Below are positions 9,450-18,794 of a DNA stretch of 64,000 nucleotides, piece after piece. Position numbers and translations under genes: made by a program. The notes below the pieces were generated by a model, which saw only the letters and a program-made list of their open reading frames with translations, did no database searches and had not been told where the DNA came from. The DNA is from Alphaproteobacteria bacterium (GTDB lineage Bacteria; Pseudomonadota; Alphaproteobacteria; RF32; CAG-239): the NCBI GenBank assembly GCA_017546315.1, contig JAFYXH010000009.1, positions 6,390 through 70,389 on the forward strand, in the 5' to 3' direction. Position 1 is the stretch's first letter, and each line of letters opens with the position of its first letter.

Positions 9450-10216
9450 TGAGGTTAGTTATGGATAATGAAACATCTGATATCTTAAACAATGATACAT
9501 CATTAAAAACAGAGAAGTTCTCTGATAATTCTTCTTTGCAATCTAGACCTAAACTTCGTAAATTTAAAAGACCTAAAATAGGACAGATGCCTGGTGCTCC
9601 TGTTGCTCCTGAAAAAGAAGCAGGGGTTGAAGAAGTTAATTTTGTTGAAGCTCCGTTAGAGAATAGTGAAAGTGTAGATATTAGTAATGTAAATTCAGAT
9701 CAACAAGAATCGCATAATGATTTAATCACATCTGCTGAAGCAAATGAAATTGCGCAAGCTCAATCTTTTGAAAATTCATACCCATTAGATGACATGCCTT
9801 CTGAACTTGATTATGAATCAGATGATTATTTTGATGATAATGATAACTTAGATGGATATGTAAAAAAGAATGTACTTGTTGTTGCAGGTATTGTTTGTCT
9901 TTTTTTGGGAATGTTTGTTGGTAAGGCTTTATTTTCATCAAAGAAAATTGAGCAACATGGTTTAGAAGGTGTTGTTATCAATCAAGATGTACCATCAGGA
10001 AGACCAAGATGTGGTTTAACTGATAAATCTCAAGCATGTGTATTTTACTTAATGAATTGGTATAAACAAGAACTTAATGGCAGAGATTTTTATAAACTAG
10101 CAGCGCAATTGACAGGACGCGAAGAATATATGATTGAAACAGATAATCTCCGTTATGCTACAATAAAAATCAAACCAGGACATTTTGCTCAATTAAATAT
10201 CCCTGCATTAAAATAA
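9449..10216 (+). CDS. Bitopic membrane protein: acidic N-terminal region, single TM, C-terminal domain ending in a LysM-like motif
   Basis: TM VLVVAGIVCLFLGMFVG. C-terminus FYKLAAQLTG...IETDN...IKPGHFAQLNIP. Start overlaps the upstream stop (TAATG). Confidence 0.6.
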   Translation: MRLVMDNETSDILNNDTSLKTEKFSDNSSLQSRPKLRKFKRPKIGQMPGAPVAPEKEAGVEEVNFVEAPLENSESVDISNVNSDQQESHNDLITSAEANEIAQAQSFENSYPLDDMPSELDYESDDYFDDNDNLDGYVKKNVLVVAGIVCLFLGMFVGKALFSSKKIEQHGLEGVVINQDVPSGRPRCGLTDKSQACVFYLMNWYKQELNGRDFYKLAAQLTGREEYMIETDNLRYATIKIKPGHFAQLNIPALK

Positions 10217-10277
10217 TTACTTTTGTGATATTATTTTTAACTACTGAGCATTGAAGGTGATTTGGCTTAATATCTTA

Positions 10278-10305
10278 AAAAAAGCGGATAAATATCCGCT
10301 TTTTT
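10278..10305. terminator. Bidirectional intrinsic terminator
   Basis: AAAAAAGCGGATA-aa-TATCCGCTTTTTT between convergent genes. Confidence 0.85.
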
Positions 10306-10306
10306 A

Positions 10307-10498
10307 TTATTCATTTTCTGTTTTTTCTTGTTTTTTGGTTGCTTTATTAGATGTTGCTTTTTCTTTTATTTCTTTTGACATCTTTTTACCTGCTTCAACT
10401 ATGTGAGGTGCTTCACCTTTAATTTTTTCAATAATTTGAGGCATACGCTCAGCATTATAAATTACTGCAACAACAATTATAGCTAAAATCCAAATCAT
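10307..10498 (-). CDS. Small TatA/TatB-like membrane protein
   Basis: N-terminal TM followed by an amphipathic helix (ERMPQIIEKIK) and charged tail. Lies downstream of nagZ, where tat genes usually sit in Alphaproteobacteria. The hinge Gly is missing. Confidence 0.5.
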   Translation of the reverse strand: MIWILAIIVVAVIYNAERMPQIIEKIKGEAPHIVEAGKKMSKEIKEKATSNKATKKQEKTENE

Positions 10499-11562
10499 AA
10501 GTTTTCTCCTTTTTTTTGCATATGATGCAACACTTCTGTCGCATCATATAAATATATTTCATCAAACCACTTGTTTAATCCGTGATTGTACAAACTCCTT
10601 TGAGCTTCTACATCAATTTTCTCACAAGGATTATGAATGACTTTTTTTATGTTTTCAAATCTATTTAATGATTTTTCAGTCATAAATCTCTTTTCATTAC
10701 AAATTCGTTCTAATTCTTCAATATTTCCTGAGCAATAACAAGTGGCATCTACTCCTGCATCTAGTGCATTATTATGTTTTTTGACAATGTTCTCAGATAA
10801 AGCCTTCATATCTATAGCATCACTTAAAAGAAAACCATCAAATTGCAATTTTTCTCTTATTATGTTTGTGATTACTTTTTTAGATACTGTGGTTGGATTT
10901 TTATCATCTATATTGTTTAATTTTATATGTGATGTCATTGCTAGCGGATAATTGGCTATAAACTCTAAGTATTCTATTTGTTTATCTATATCATCTTTGT
11001 TTAGATTACTTTCTAAAACTTCTAGATGAGGATCTTTTGGGGATGAAAAATGCCCAGGAATATGTTTAATACATGGGCAAATCCCCATTTTTATATAAGT
11101 ATCTGCCATTGCTTTTGCATATTGTTTTACTTTATCAGGATTATCACTAAAGCATCTTGTTTTTAAGACTTCTGATAAAGAATTATCCTTTATATCAGCA
11201 ACAGGAGAATAATTTACGTTAATACCATAAATATGCAAATCCATGGCGGTTAATTCTGCATGAGCAATGGTATATTTGATATCGTTTTTACCTAATATAT
11301 CTTGTGATACATATTTATTATTATTGATGTGCGATATTCTTGAAACACGCCCACCTTCTTCATCTATTGCAATTAAAACATCATCTCGATTTATTACATT
11401 TTTAATTTCATCTACTAATTTTTTTAGTTTATCTTTTGTTTCTATGTTTCTTTTGAAAAGACTTATTCCTAGTGGATTAAATTTTTCGAATAGATATTTT
11501 TCTCTATCCGTCAATTCTGTTGTTTGGCACGATAATATCGAAGCTAAAATCGGCTTATTCAT
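10495..11562 (-). CDS. nagZ: Beta-N-acetylhexosaminidase (GH3)
   Basis: IDEEGGRVSR, KHIPGH...DPH and SDAIDMKAL motifs. Confidence 0.92.
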   Translation of the reverse strand: MNKPILASILSCQTTELTDREKYLFEKFNPLGISLFKRNIETKDKLKKLVDEIKNVINRDDVLIAIDEEGGRVSRISHINNNKYVSQDILGKNDIKYTIAHAELTAMDLHIYGINVNYSPVADIKDNSLSEVLKTRCFSDNPDKVKQYAKAMADTYIKMGICPCIKHIPGHFSSPKDPHLEVLESNLNKDDIDKQIEYLEFIANYPLAMTSHIKLNNIDDKNPTTVSKKVITNIIREKLQFDGFLLSDAIDMKALSENIVKKHNNALDAGVDATCYCSGNIEELERICNEKRFMTEKSLNRFENIKKVIHNPCEKIDVEAQRSLYNHGLNKWFDEIYLYDATEVLHHMQKKGENL

Positions 11563-11570
11563 TTTAGTCC

Positions 11571-12518
11571 TTAATTCTGTTTTATTATGCTACTAATATT
11601 GTTTTGTTTTAACTTGTTTGCAAGTTCTTCAGCCTGCTTACGAGTTTTGAAGGAACCTACTTTTAAGCGATAAAGTGTATTACCATTTGCTGCAGTTATT
11701 TCCTCTACTTCGTAATAATAACTCTTCAAGAAGCTATGTTTTTGCAACATGTTTTTCCATAAATTTTCCACCGCACTTCGACTAGATGAAGCTATGATTT
11801 GTGCATACCACATACCTTTGGTGTTGTTTAATGGTTTATTTATTGTGGTTGTTTCTTGTTTAGTGAGAACTTTTTCTTTATTTTCTTCTTTTGGTTTTGA
11901 TGTTTCTTGTTTTTCACTATTTATTGTGCTTGATAGCTCAACATCTATTTGGTTTATTTTTTGAGGAATTACTATTTTTTCTCTACTGTTTGTATTGATA
12001 CTCATGAGCTCTGCTTGAACTACTTTTGTGTTATCATCTTCACTTAAAAAATCTATTGTTTCTTCATTTAGAGATAAATCTTCTTCTATGCTTTCTACTA
12101 GTGTTTCCATATCGTCTGTTTTTTCTATTGTGCTTTCAACAACAAGCTTTGGCATATCTGGTAAAGATTTAATTTTTACCTCTTTATTTTCTTTAGGGGT
12201 GTTATCTACAATGTGATAAATTTCCCTATCTTGATTATCTATTTCCATACCTCCTGGATCATTAGGTTGTATCTTGAAAGGTTTTATACTTCTTCTAATT
12301 ACGGGTATTTCAGGTGTTTTATCATTTTCGTTATTTGGTGCTAAAAATATCCAGCCCACAATAGCTCCAACAAAAATACCTGCAAGCATTCCTATAAAAC
12401 CATTTTTAGCATGCTCTATTTCGTCGCTTCTATCTTCTATAATCTGAATATTTCTATCTGCTACTCGTTGATGATAATCACTAATATCTGTTTTGTTGGT
12501 ATCAAACCCTTGCAACAT
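11571..12518 (-). CDS. SPOR-domain cell division protein (FtsN-like)
   Basis: Single TM, PFKIQPNDPGGMEIDNQDREIY, and a C-terminal SPOR domain WYAQIIA...LYRLKVGSF...A. Upstream of nagZ. Confidence 0.85.
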   Translation of the reverse strand: MLQGFDTNKTDISDYHQRVADRNIQIIEDRSDEIEHAKNGFIGMLAGIFVGAIVGWIFLAPNNENDKTPEIPVIRRSIKPFKIQPNDPGGMEIDNQDREIYHIVDNTPKENKEVKIKSLPDMPKLVVESTIEKTDDMETLVESIEEDLSLNEETIDFLSEDDNTKVVQAELMSINTNSREKIVIPQKINQIDVELSSTINSEKQETSKPKEENKEKVLTKQETTTINKPLNNTKGMWYAQIIASSSRSAVENLWKNMLQKHSFLKSYYYEVEEITAANGNTLYRLKVGSFKTRKQAEELANKLKQNNISSIIKQN

Positions 12519-12629
12519 ATTTATACCCCTTTGATTAACCGTTTCTAAGTATTATAATATAAAATTTGTTTACAATCATTTAAGATTAGTTTGTTAAAAT
12601 TCTAAATATAAAAAAATTAAGAGGAAAAA

Positions 12630-13421
12630 ATGAAGATAGCTACGTATAATGTAAATTCAATAAAAGCAAGAGCTAATAACTTTTTTGATTGGCTAAAGAA
12701 AGAAAATTTCGATATTATTTTTCTACAAGAAATTAAATGCGAAACTGAAAATTTTTTATATTTTGAATGCGAAAGTTTAGGATACAAAGTTGCTGTCCTT
12801 GGGCAAAAAGGATATAATGGGGTGGCTATTTTGTGTAAATACGATTTTAAGATAACGAATCGCAATTTACCAAATTTTAGAGATGAACAAGCAAGATATT
12901 TAGAAATTTTGATAAACAAAGAAAATGAGCAATTCTATGCTATATCTGTGTATGTTCCGAATGGTTGTGGTAGGGATAAAGAATCTGAAAAAGAGAAACT
13001 AGCTTATAAATTAAAATGGTTAGATAAATTGTATCTACATACAAAGAATCTATTAAACTCAGGAATTCCTATTATAATGGCTGGCGATTTTAACGTTATG
13101 TTGGAAGATATAGATGTATATAACGAAGAAAGTTTTAAAAATAGCCCCCTCTATATTAAAGAAGTAAAAAATGAAATCACTGCTCTTAAATACTTGGGAT
13201 TAAAAGATTGTTTTAGATTATTACACAAAAATACCGAAGGATATACGTTTTGGGATTATACCGCTAACTCTTTTGTAACTAATTTGGGTTTAAGAATAGA
13301 CTATATTTTTATTTCAGCTTTTTTTGAAAAAAAATTAAATAGTGTTTATGTCGATAAAACTTTAAGGCAAATGGAGAAACCTTCCGACCATACGCCTTTA
13401 GTTGCAGAGTTTAAGGATTAA
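12630..13421 (+). CDS. xth: Exodeoxyribonuclease III
   Basis: MKIATYNVNSI, LQEIK, YNGVAI, VYVPNG, GDFN, GLRIDY, PSDH. Confidence 0.95.
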   Translation: MKIATYNVNSIKARANNFFDWLKKENFDIIFLQEIKCETENFLYFECESLGYKVAVLGQKGYNGVAILCKYDFKITNRNLPNFRDEQARYLEILINKENEQFYAISVYVPNGCGRDKESEKEKLAYKLKWLDKLYLHTKNLLNSGIPIIMAGDFNVMLEDIDVYNEESFKNSPLYIKEVKNEITALKYLGLKDCFRLLHKNTEGYTFWDYTANSFVTNLGLRIDYIFISAFFEKKLNSVYVDKTLRQMEKPSDHTPLVAEFKD

Positions 13422-13422
13422 G

Positions 13423-14448
13423 ATGCTTAAGGTATTGTTTGTTTTAATTTTATCTATTTTGTTTAGCCCTTTTGAGGCTAATGCTTTTGAATTTAAGCGA
13501 ATAAATAAAATATATGACATGCTTGAAAAAAAACATTCCCATATTGCTGACTTAAAAAAGATATCTATAACTAGCATGGAAGAGCTTAGTAAGTTTGATA
13601 AAAATTTTAGGATATATTCTAGCAAATCAAAAATATACGTTTATTATCAAAATAATCTAATTGATCATTTTTTAGTGCCAAATGACAATCATAATTCTTT
13701 GGCTTGGAGAGATATCATAAATAATGTTTTATCTATTTATTGCCAACACTCTCCTAAGATTTCTAAAGATAATATTGAATTACAGTTAATAAACACTATC
13801 GCTCACAATATAGACAAGTATTCTAGAATGGAAGAGAATGTATTAAAGCATAAAGACATAGATCATAAAATCATTGATAATGTGATTTATATAAAGACTG
13901 AAATTTTCTACAATGGACTTGCTGAAGACATAAAAGGAATCGTTAATTCTGCACCAAACGTTAATGGGTTGATTTTAGACTTTAGGAACAATGTCGGGGG
14001 TAATTTCAATGAAGCACTTAAAGTAAGCGATTTATTTTTGGATAATGCGTTAATTACTTATAGTGTGGAAAATGGAAACACCAATTATTACACTTCTCAA
14101 GAAGGTGATTTAATTGATGGAAAAAAGATTGTTGTTTTGGTTAATAACAATACTGCTTCTGCGGCAGAAATTGTTGCAGGTGCTTTGGGTGAACAAAGTA
14201 GGGCTATAATTGTTGGGACTCGTACATTTGGCAAAGGAAGTCTTCAATCTGTTTATCATGTAAAAGATAATAATTTATACATCACAAGTGGTTATACTTA
14301 TACCCCATCTGGAAAAAAAATTGATGAGGTAGGAATTACTCCGCAAATTTGTACTGGTATAGAAAATAGTTGCAATATTACTGATTCTCAAAATTCATCA
14401 AAAGATATTTTAACTGCTATCAATCTCATAAAAAGCAATTTTGCTTAA
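13423..14448 (+). CDS. S41 family peptidase (CtpA-like), apparently without PDZ domain
   Basis: Signal peptide ending ANA. LILDFRNNVGG, TASAAEIVAGAL, RTFGKGSLQ, YTPSG...GITP. Start moved to ATG 13423. Confidence 0.85.
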   Translation: MLKVLFVLILSILFSPFEANAFEFKRINKIYDMLEKKHSHIADLKKISITSMEELSKFDKNFRIYSSKSKIYVYYQNNLIDHFLVPNDNHNSLAWRDIINNVLSIYCQHSPKISKDNIELQLINTIAHNIDKYSRMEENVLKHKDIDHKIIDNVIYIKTEIFYNGLAEDIKGIVNSAPNVNGLILDFRNNVGGNFNEALKVSDLFLDNALITYSVENGNTNYYTSQEGDLIDGKKIVVLVNNNTASAAEIVAGALGEQSRAIIVGTRTFGKGSLQSVYHVKDNNLYITSGYTYTPSGKKIDEVGITPQICTGIENSCNITDSQNSSKDILTAINLIKSNFA

Positions 14449-14456
14449 AAATTTTG

Positions 14457-14484
14457 TTGACATTAAGGATATTAAATGTATATT
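14457..14484 (+). promoter_or_regulatory. Sigma70-like promoter for rpmG
   Basis: TTGACA-16 nt-TATATT. Confidence 0.55.
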
Positions 14485-14532
14485 GCTATCAAAGTTTTTT
14501 GTGTTTAACCTTAAATTTATAAGAGTAAAGTA

Positions 14533-14700
14533 ATGGCAAAGGCAGTTAAAGTTAAAGTTAAATTAGAGAGTAGTGCTGGTACAGGTACTTTTTATCTTGC
14601 TGAAAAGAACCCAAGAACTCATCCTGAGAAATTGGTTATGAGAAAGTTTGATAAAAAATCTAAGAAACATGAAGAATTCGTAGAAAAGAAATTAAAGTAA
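14533..14700 (+). CDS. rpmG: 50S ribosomal protein L33 (not in the ORF track)
   Basis: Hand translation: MAKAVKVKVKLESSAGTGTFYLAEKNPRTHPEKLVMRKFDKKSKKHEEFVEKKLK*. Confidence 0.95.
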   Translation: MAKAVKVKVKLESSAGTGTFYLAEKNPRTHPEKLVMRKFDKKSKKHEEFVEKKLK

Positions 14701-14715
14701 TTTTGCGAAATTTAC

Positions 14716-14745
14716 AAAAAAGCACCAGATTGGTGCTTTTTTTTT
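14716..14745. terminator. Intrinsic terminator, likely bidirectional
   Basis: AAAAAAGCACCA-gat-TGGTGCTTTTTT. Confidence 0.85.
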
Positions 14746-14882
14746 ATTTCTACCTTATAAAAAATCATCATAAAACTGATGGAATAATAACAAGATATTA
14801 TTAAGCAATATAGCCTCCGAGCTTACAAGCAAAGAGAGGTTAACAATAAAACCACACACATCCTTGAGGGTATCTATATTCA

Positions 14883-15788
14883 CTAATCTGGAAATGCTTT
14901 TTTATATTCCTCTTTTATTTTATTTAAGTCCACATCTGTATATCTTTGCGTAGAACTCAAAGAAGAGTGTCCTAATAACTCTTGTATTGAGCGCAAATCA
15001 GATCCTTTGGCTAAAAGATGTGTTGCAAAAGAGTGTCTTAGTGCATGAGGAGTTATATTATCTGGTAAACTCAACACCTCTCTTATTTGTTGTAATTTAC
15101 GTTGAATTACTCGAGGCGAAACTCTATCTCCTCTGTCCCCAACAAATAGCGCCTCCCCTCTTCTTAATATATAAGGACAACTTTCTTTATATCTATTTAT
15201 AGTTTCTACGACGATAGGAAGTATCGGAACATATCTATCTTTATTTCCTTTTCCTTTTATTTTAATCATCTCATTATCATTTAGGTCTTCAACATTTAGT
15301 GATAACGCCTCAGATATGCGCAATCCACATCCATACAATAATGTTAAAATAGCCTGATCACGAAATCCAATCCAAGGCTCTTTACAATTAAGACTAGCTT
15401 CGTTTAGTACTTTGAAAGCATCTGTAACTTCTAAAGATCTTGGTAAAACCTTGGGCAATTTAGGAGGTGTTATTTGAAAAATTGAAGTATTAGATAAGAT
15501 ATCATTTTCGTTTAAATATTTGAAAAAATTTTTTATAGAAGATTCTTCTCTTGCAATGGATGATTTAGATGTTCCTTTTTTAGCTCTATAACTAAAAAAA
15601 TTACGAAAATCCCTTACGTCAAGCTGTTTTAATTCTTGAAGACTTATTATATCATCTTTAGAAATAAAATTTAGGAATATTTCCAAATCGCTTAAATAAC
15701 TCTGAAGAGTATGCTTTGAATAATTACGTTGAGTTAATAACCATTTCTGCCATTTTGATATTATATTTTTTAATTCTTTATTTGGCAT
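14883..15788 (-). CDS. xerC: Tyrosine recombinase XerC
   Basis: LYGCGLRISEAL, GKGNKDRYVP, TPHALRHSFATHLL, IQELLGHSSLSSTQRYT. Confidence 0.88.
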   Translation of the reverse strand: MPNKELKNIISKWQKWLLTQRNYSKHTLQSYLSDLEIFLNFISKDDIISLQELKQLDVRDFRNFFSYRAKKGTSKSSIAREESSIKNFFKYLNENDILSNTSIFQITPPKLPKVLPRSLEVTDAFKVLNEASLNCKEPWIGFRDQAILTLLYGCGLRISEALSLNVEDLNDNEMIKIKGKGNKDRYVPILPIVVETINRYKESCPYILRRGEALFVGDRGDRVSPRVIQRKLQQIREVLSLPDNITPHALRHSFATHLLAKGSDLRSIQELLGHSSLSSTQRYTDVDLNKIKEEYKKAFPD

Positions 15789-15804
15789 AGTTTTCTCCTA
15801 TAAT

Positions 15805-15843
15805 AAAAACCTCTTAATGCATAAATTTTAACATTAAGAGGTT
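15805..15843 (-). terminator. Hairpin/terminator downstream of the ferritin-like gene
   Basis: 12-bp inverted repeat AACCTCTTAATG / CATTAAGAGGTT. Confidence 0.6.
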
Positions 15844-15864
15844 AAAAAAATGTATATGCAACGA

Positions 15865-16353
15865 TTACTTATAGTGAGCAAAATCCTTTTTAAAATCTTC
15901 CATTTCTTGTTCGTGTTCGATTTCTTCTTTTAGTATTTTGCGTGAAACCCTAAATGTTTCATAGTCTTTATCATGTGTTATTTCGCAAATTTTTTGATAT
16001 CTTCCTATCGCACAACGCTCTGCAATTAAATTCTGCTCGACAAGCACCTTTGTATCTGGATTTATTGGCTCGTCATATTGACACTCTGCATAATCTTCCC
16101 ATTCTTTAGGATTTAATAGAGGAACTGCCCCTAGTTGTATTATTCTTTCTGCAAGCCAATTTGCGTGTTTTAATTCCTCTTCAGCGTGTTCATAAAATTC
16201 TGCAACTATTTTGGGACGTTCTATCCCCTCTGCTACCTTTGCTCCTACCCAATATTGATAATATGCCAACCATTCTTCCGCATAAGCTGTTTGCAACATA
16301 TTTATCAAATTTTCTTGTTCTGTTTTTGAAATTTTTTGTGCCATTTCACCCAT
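15865..16353 (-). CDS. Ferritin-like protein of the DpsL / bacterioferritin-related type
   Basis: AYAEEWLAYYQYW, EELKHA, AERCAI..Y and EEIEHE di-iron motifs. Confidence 0.85.
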   Translation of the reverse strand: MGEMAQKISKTEQENLINMLQTAYAEEWLAYYQYWVGAKVAEGIERPKIVAEFYEHAEEELKHANWLAERIIQLGAVPLLNPKEWEDYAECQYDEPINPDTKVLVEQNLIAERCAIGRYQKICEITHDKDYETFRVSRKILKEEIEHEQEMEDFKKDFAHYK

Positions 16354-16489
16354 AATTATCTCCTATTATCTATATTTTGAAACCATTAAATAATTATGTT
16401 TTTTTGTTTATCAAGGTTTGGAAGTGCTCATTTACTATAAGTTAAAACTTTTTATTTATAGTTTGTTTATGGGATTTAAGGAGATTAAG

Positions 16490-17131
16490 ATGGTAAAAAT
16501 AGCCCCAAGTATTTTAGCTGCTAATTTTATGTGTTTAGAAAAAGAACTTTTGGACATAGAATTTGCTGGAGCTGATTTGATACACTTTGATGTTATGGAT
16601 GGGCACTTTGTGCCAAATATAACTTTTGGACCAATGATTTTGCATCAAGCTAAGAAAAAATGTGGTTTGGCATTTGATGTGCATTTAATGGTTAATGACC
16701 CTATAAAATTTATCCCTTGGTATGCTGAAGCTAAACCGGATATTATTACATTCCATTTGGAAGCAACGCTAAATCCTGAAAAAGAAATTGAACTAATAAA
16801 AAGTTTTGGAATAAAAGTTGGTATATCTATAAAGCCTGAAACAGATGTTGAGGTTTTGGATAATTTTATTGATGTTGTTGATTTGATTTTAATTATGTCT
16901 GTAAACCCTGGTTTTGGTGGGCAAAAATTTAATCATAGCGCAATTGATAAAATTAAATACTTAAAAGAAAAAACAAAAAACACTAAAACTCTTATTGAAG
17001 TTGATGGTGGAATCAATATGGAAACAGCAAAATTATGCATAGATGCTGGAGCTGATATTTTGGTTGCTGGTTCTGCTATTTTTGGTAGCAACAATTATGC
17101 TGATAGTATAAGACAAATAAAAGGAGAATAA
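16490..17131 (+). CDS. rpe: Ribulose-phosphate 3-epimerase
   Basis: IAPSIL, HFDVMDGHFVPN, DVHLM, MSVNPGFGGQ, EVDGGI. RBS AAGGAG supports ATG 16490. Confidence 0.96.
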   Translation: MVKIAPSILAANFMCLEKELLDIEFAGADLIHFDVMDGHFVPNITFGPMILHQAKKKCGLAFDVHLMVNDPIKFIPWYAEAKPDIITFHLEATLNPEKEIELIKSFGIKVGISIKPETDVEVLDNFIDVVDLILIMSVNPGFGGQKFNHSAIDKIKYLKEKTKNTKTLIEVDGGINMETAKLCIDAGADILVAGSAIFGSNNYADSIRQIKGE

Positions 17132-17132
17132 T

Positions 17133-17858
17133 ATGAATACAGTTATGGTTATTGAAGATGAAGAAGCTATCGCAACACTACTTAGCTACAACTTAGAAAA
17201 AGAAGGATATAAAGTAATTGTTGTTAGTAATGGTGCTAATGCGGTATTGGAGGTTGATAAACACCGTCCATCAGTTATTATTCTTGATTGGATGCTACCG
17301 GAAATTTCAGGTGTTGAAATTTGTAAACTTATTCGTTCTAAACCTGAAATTAAGGCAATACCTATAATCATGCTTACTGCCAAAAGCCAAGAAGAAGACA
17401 AAGTTAAAGGGCTTATTGCGGGAGCTGATGACTACGTTACAAAACCTTTTTCTGTACCTGAATTGATGGCTAGAGTAAAAACAAATATGAGAAGAGCTCC
17501 TTTGTTTGAAGAAAAAGAAAAATTTATATCATTTAAAGATATATCTATGGATTTGGTGGAGAAAAAAGTAAGAAGAGGAGATGTCAATATTCACCTTAGC
17601 CCTACTGAATTTCGTTTATTAAAAATGCTTGTAAAAGAACCCGGTAAAGTGTTTTCTAGGGAGGTTTTATTAAAATCTGTTTGGGGTGAAAATATTTTTG
17701 TAGAATCTAGAACTGTTGATGTTCACATTAGAAGATTAAGAAGCTCTCTAAATAAATATGGACCTGACTATATAAGGACTGTTAGAGCAAATGGATATGC
17801 CATTGATGAAATAATAGAGAACAATGAAGAAAAAGATTGTGATAGTGATTGCGAATAA
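17133..17858 (+). CDS. phoB: Phosphate regulon response regulator PhoB (OmpR family)
   Basis: LDWMLP, GADDYVTKPFS, LSPTEFRLL, RTVDVHIRRLR, IRTVR. Confidence 0.85.
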   Translation: MNTVMVIEDEEAIATLLSYNLEKEGYKVIVVSNGANAVLEVDKHRPSVIILDWMLPEISGVEICKLIRSKPEIKAIPIIMLTAKSQEEDKVKGLIAGADDYVTKPFSVPELMARVKTNMRRAPLFEEKEKFISFKDISMDLVEKKVRRGDVNIHLSPTEFRLLKMLVKEPGKVFSREVLLKSVWGENIFVESRTVDVHIRRLRSSLNKYGPDYIRTVRANGYAIDEIIENNEEKDCDSDCE

Positions 17859-17868
17859 TACTTAAAAT

Positions 17869-18462
17869 CTAAAGTTGCTTTCTCATATCTAAAGCTAATT
17901 TTAATGTACCATCATCCATATAATCAAGCTCACCTCCAACAGGAATTCCTTGAGCTAAGGTTGATACTTTTATTTCCTTATCTTTTAATAAAGATGAGAT
18001 ATAGTGCATTGTTATTTGGCCATCAACTGTTGCTGGAAGTGCTAAAATTATTTCTGTAATATCCTCTTGTTCAATTCGAGTAAGGAGTTTATCTATGTTT
18101 AGGTCATCAGGAGTTATTCCTTCTATTGCGGATAAAACTCCTCCCAAAATATGATATACTCCTTTATACAAACCTCCACGCTCTAGAGCCCACAAATCAC
18201 TTATATCTTGAATGATACATAATGTATGATGATCTCTATTTGAAGATGCGCATATTGGGCATGGGCTTTCTACATCGTAGTTTCCACATATTTCGCAAAC
18301 TTTAACATTATCGTACACATTCTGCAATGTTTGTATCAACTGAGGAATAATACTCTCTCGCTTTTTTAGTAAATGAAGAGTAATCCTCCTTGCAGAACGT
18401 GTACCTAAAGAAGGAAGTTTTGCTATAGTTTTTACTAATTGTTCTATGTAAAAGCCAGACAT
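17869..18462 (-). CDS. recR: Recombination protein RecR
   Basis: HhH start LPSLGTRSARR, CxxC/CxxC zinc finger, Toprim YHILGG...GIPVGGELDY. Confidence 0.96.
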   Translation of the reverse strand: MSGFYIEQLVKTIAKLPSLGTRSARRITLHLLKKRESIIPQLIQTLQNVYDNVKVCEICGNYDVESPCPICASSNRDHHTLCIIQDISDLWALERGGLYKGVYHILGGVLSAIEGITPDDLNIDKLLTRIEQEDITEIILALPATVDGQITMHYISSLLKDKEIKVSTLAQGIPVGGELDYMDDGTLKLALDMRKQL

Positions 18463-18471
18463 ATATATCCC

Positions 18472-18792
18472 TTAAAATGGAAGTTTTAATCCACCTAAAT
18501 TAACTCCACCAGTTGCAGACTTCATACTCTCTTCTGCCATAGCTTCTACTTTTGAATGAGCGTCGTTATATGCTACCATGAGTAGATCTTCTAACATATC
18601 AACTTCGCCTTCTGAAATTAAAGATTTATCAATAGATATTTTTTTCATCTCTGATTTGCCGTTTAATGTTATTGTGAGCAAACCATTAGCAGCATTACCA
18701 GATACTTCTGTGGTGGCTAATTTGTTTTGTGCCTCTTCTATTTTTTTCTGCATTGCTTGTGCTTGTTTCATTAAACCTTGAATATTTAACAT
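18472..18792 (-). CDS. ybaB: YbaB/EbfC nucleoid-associated protein
   Basis: MKQAQAMQ...DMLEDL...LKLPF. Lies between dnaX and recR. Confidence 0.93.
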   Translation of the reverse strand: MLNIQGLMKQAQAMQKKIEEAQNKLATTEVSGNAANGLLTITLNGKSEMKKISIDKSLISEGEVDMLEDLLMVAYNDAHSKVEAMAEESMKSATGGVNLGGLKLPF

Positions 18793-18794
18793 AA

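Noticed and set aside
14883-15788. Tyrosine recombinase as a phage/ICE integrase
   Set aside because: Size and motifs fit chromosomal XerC. Neighbours are housekeeping genes and no att repeats or phage genes are seen.
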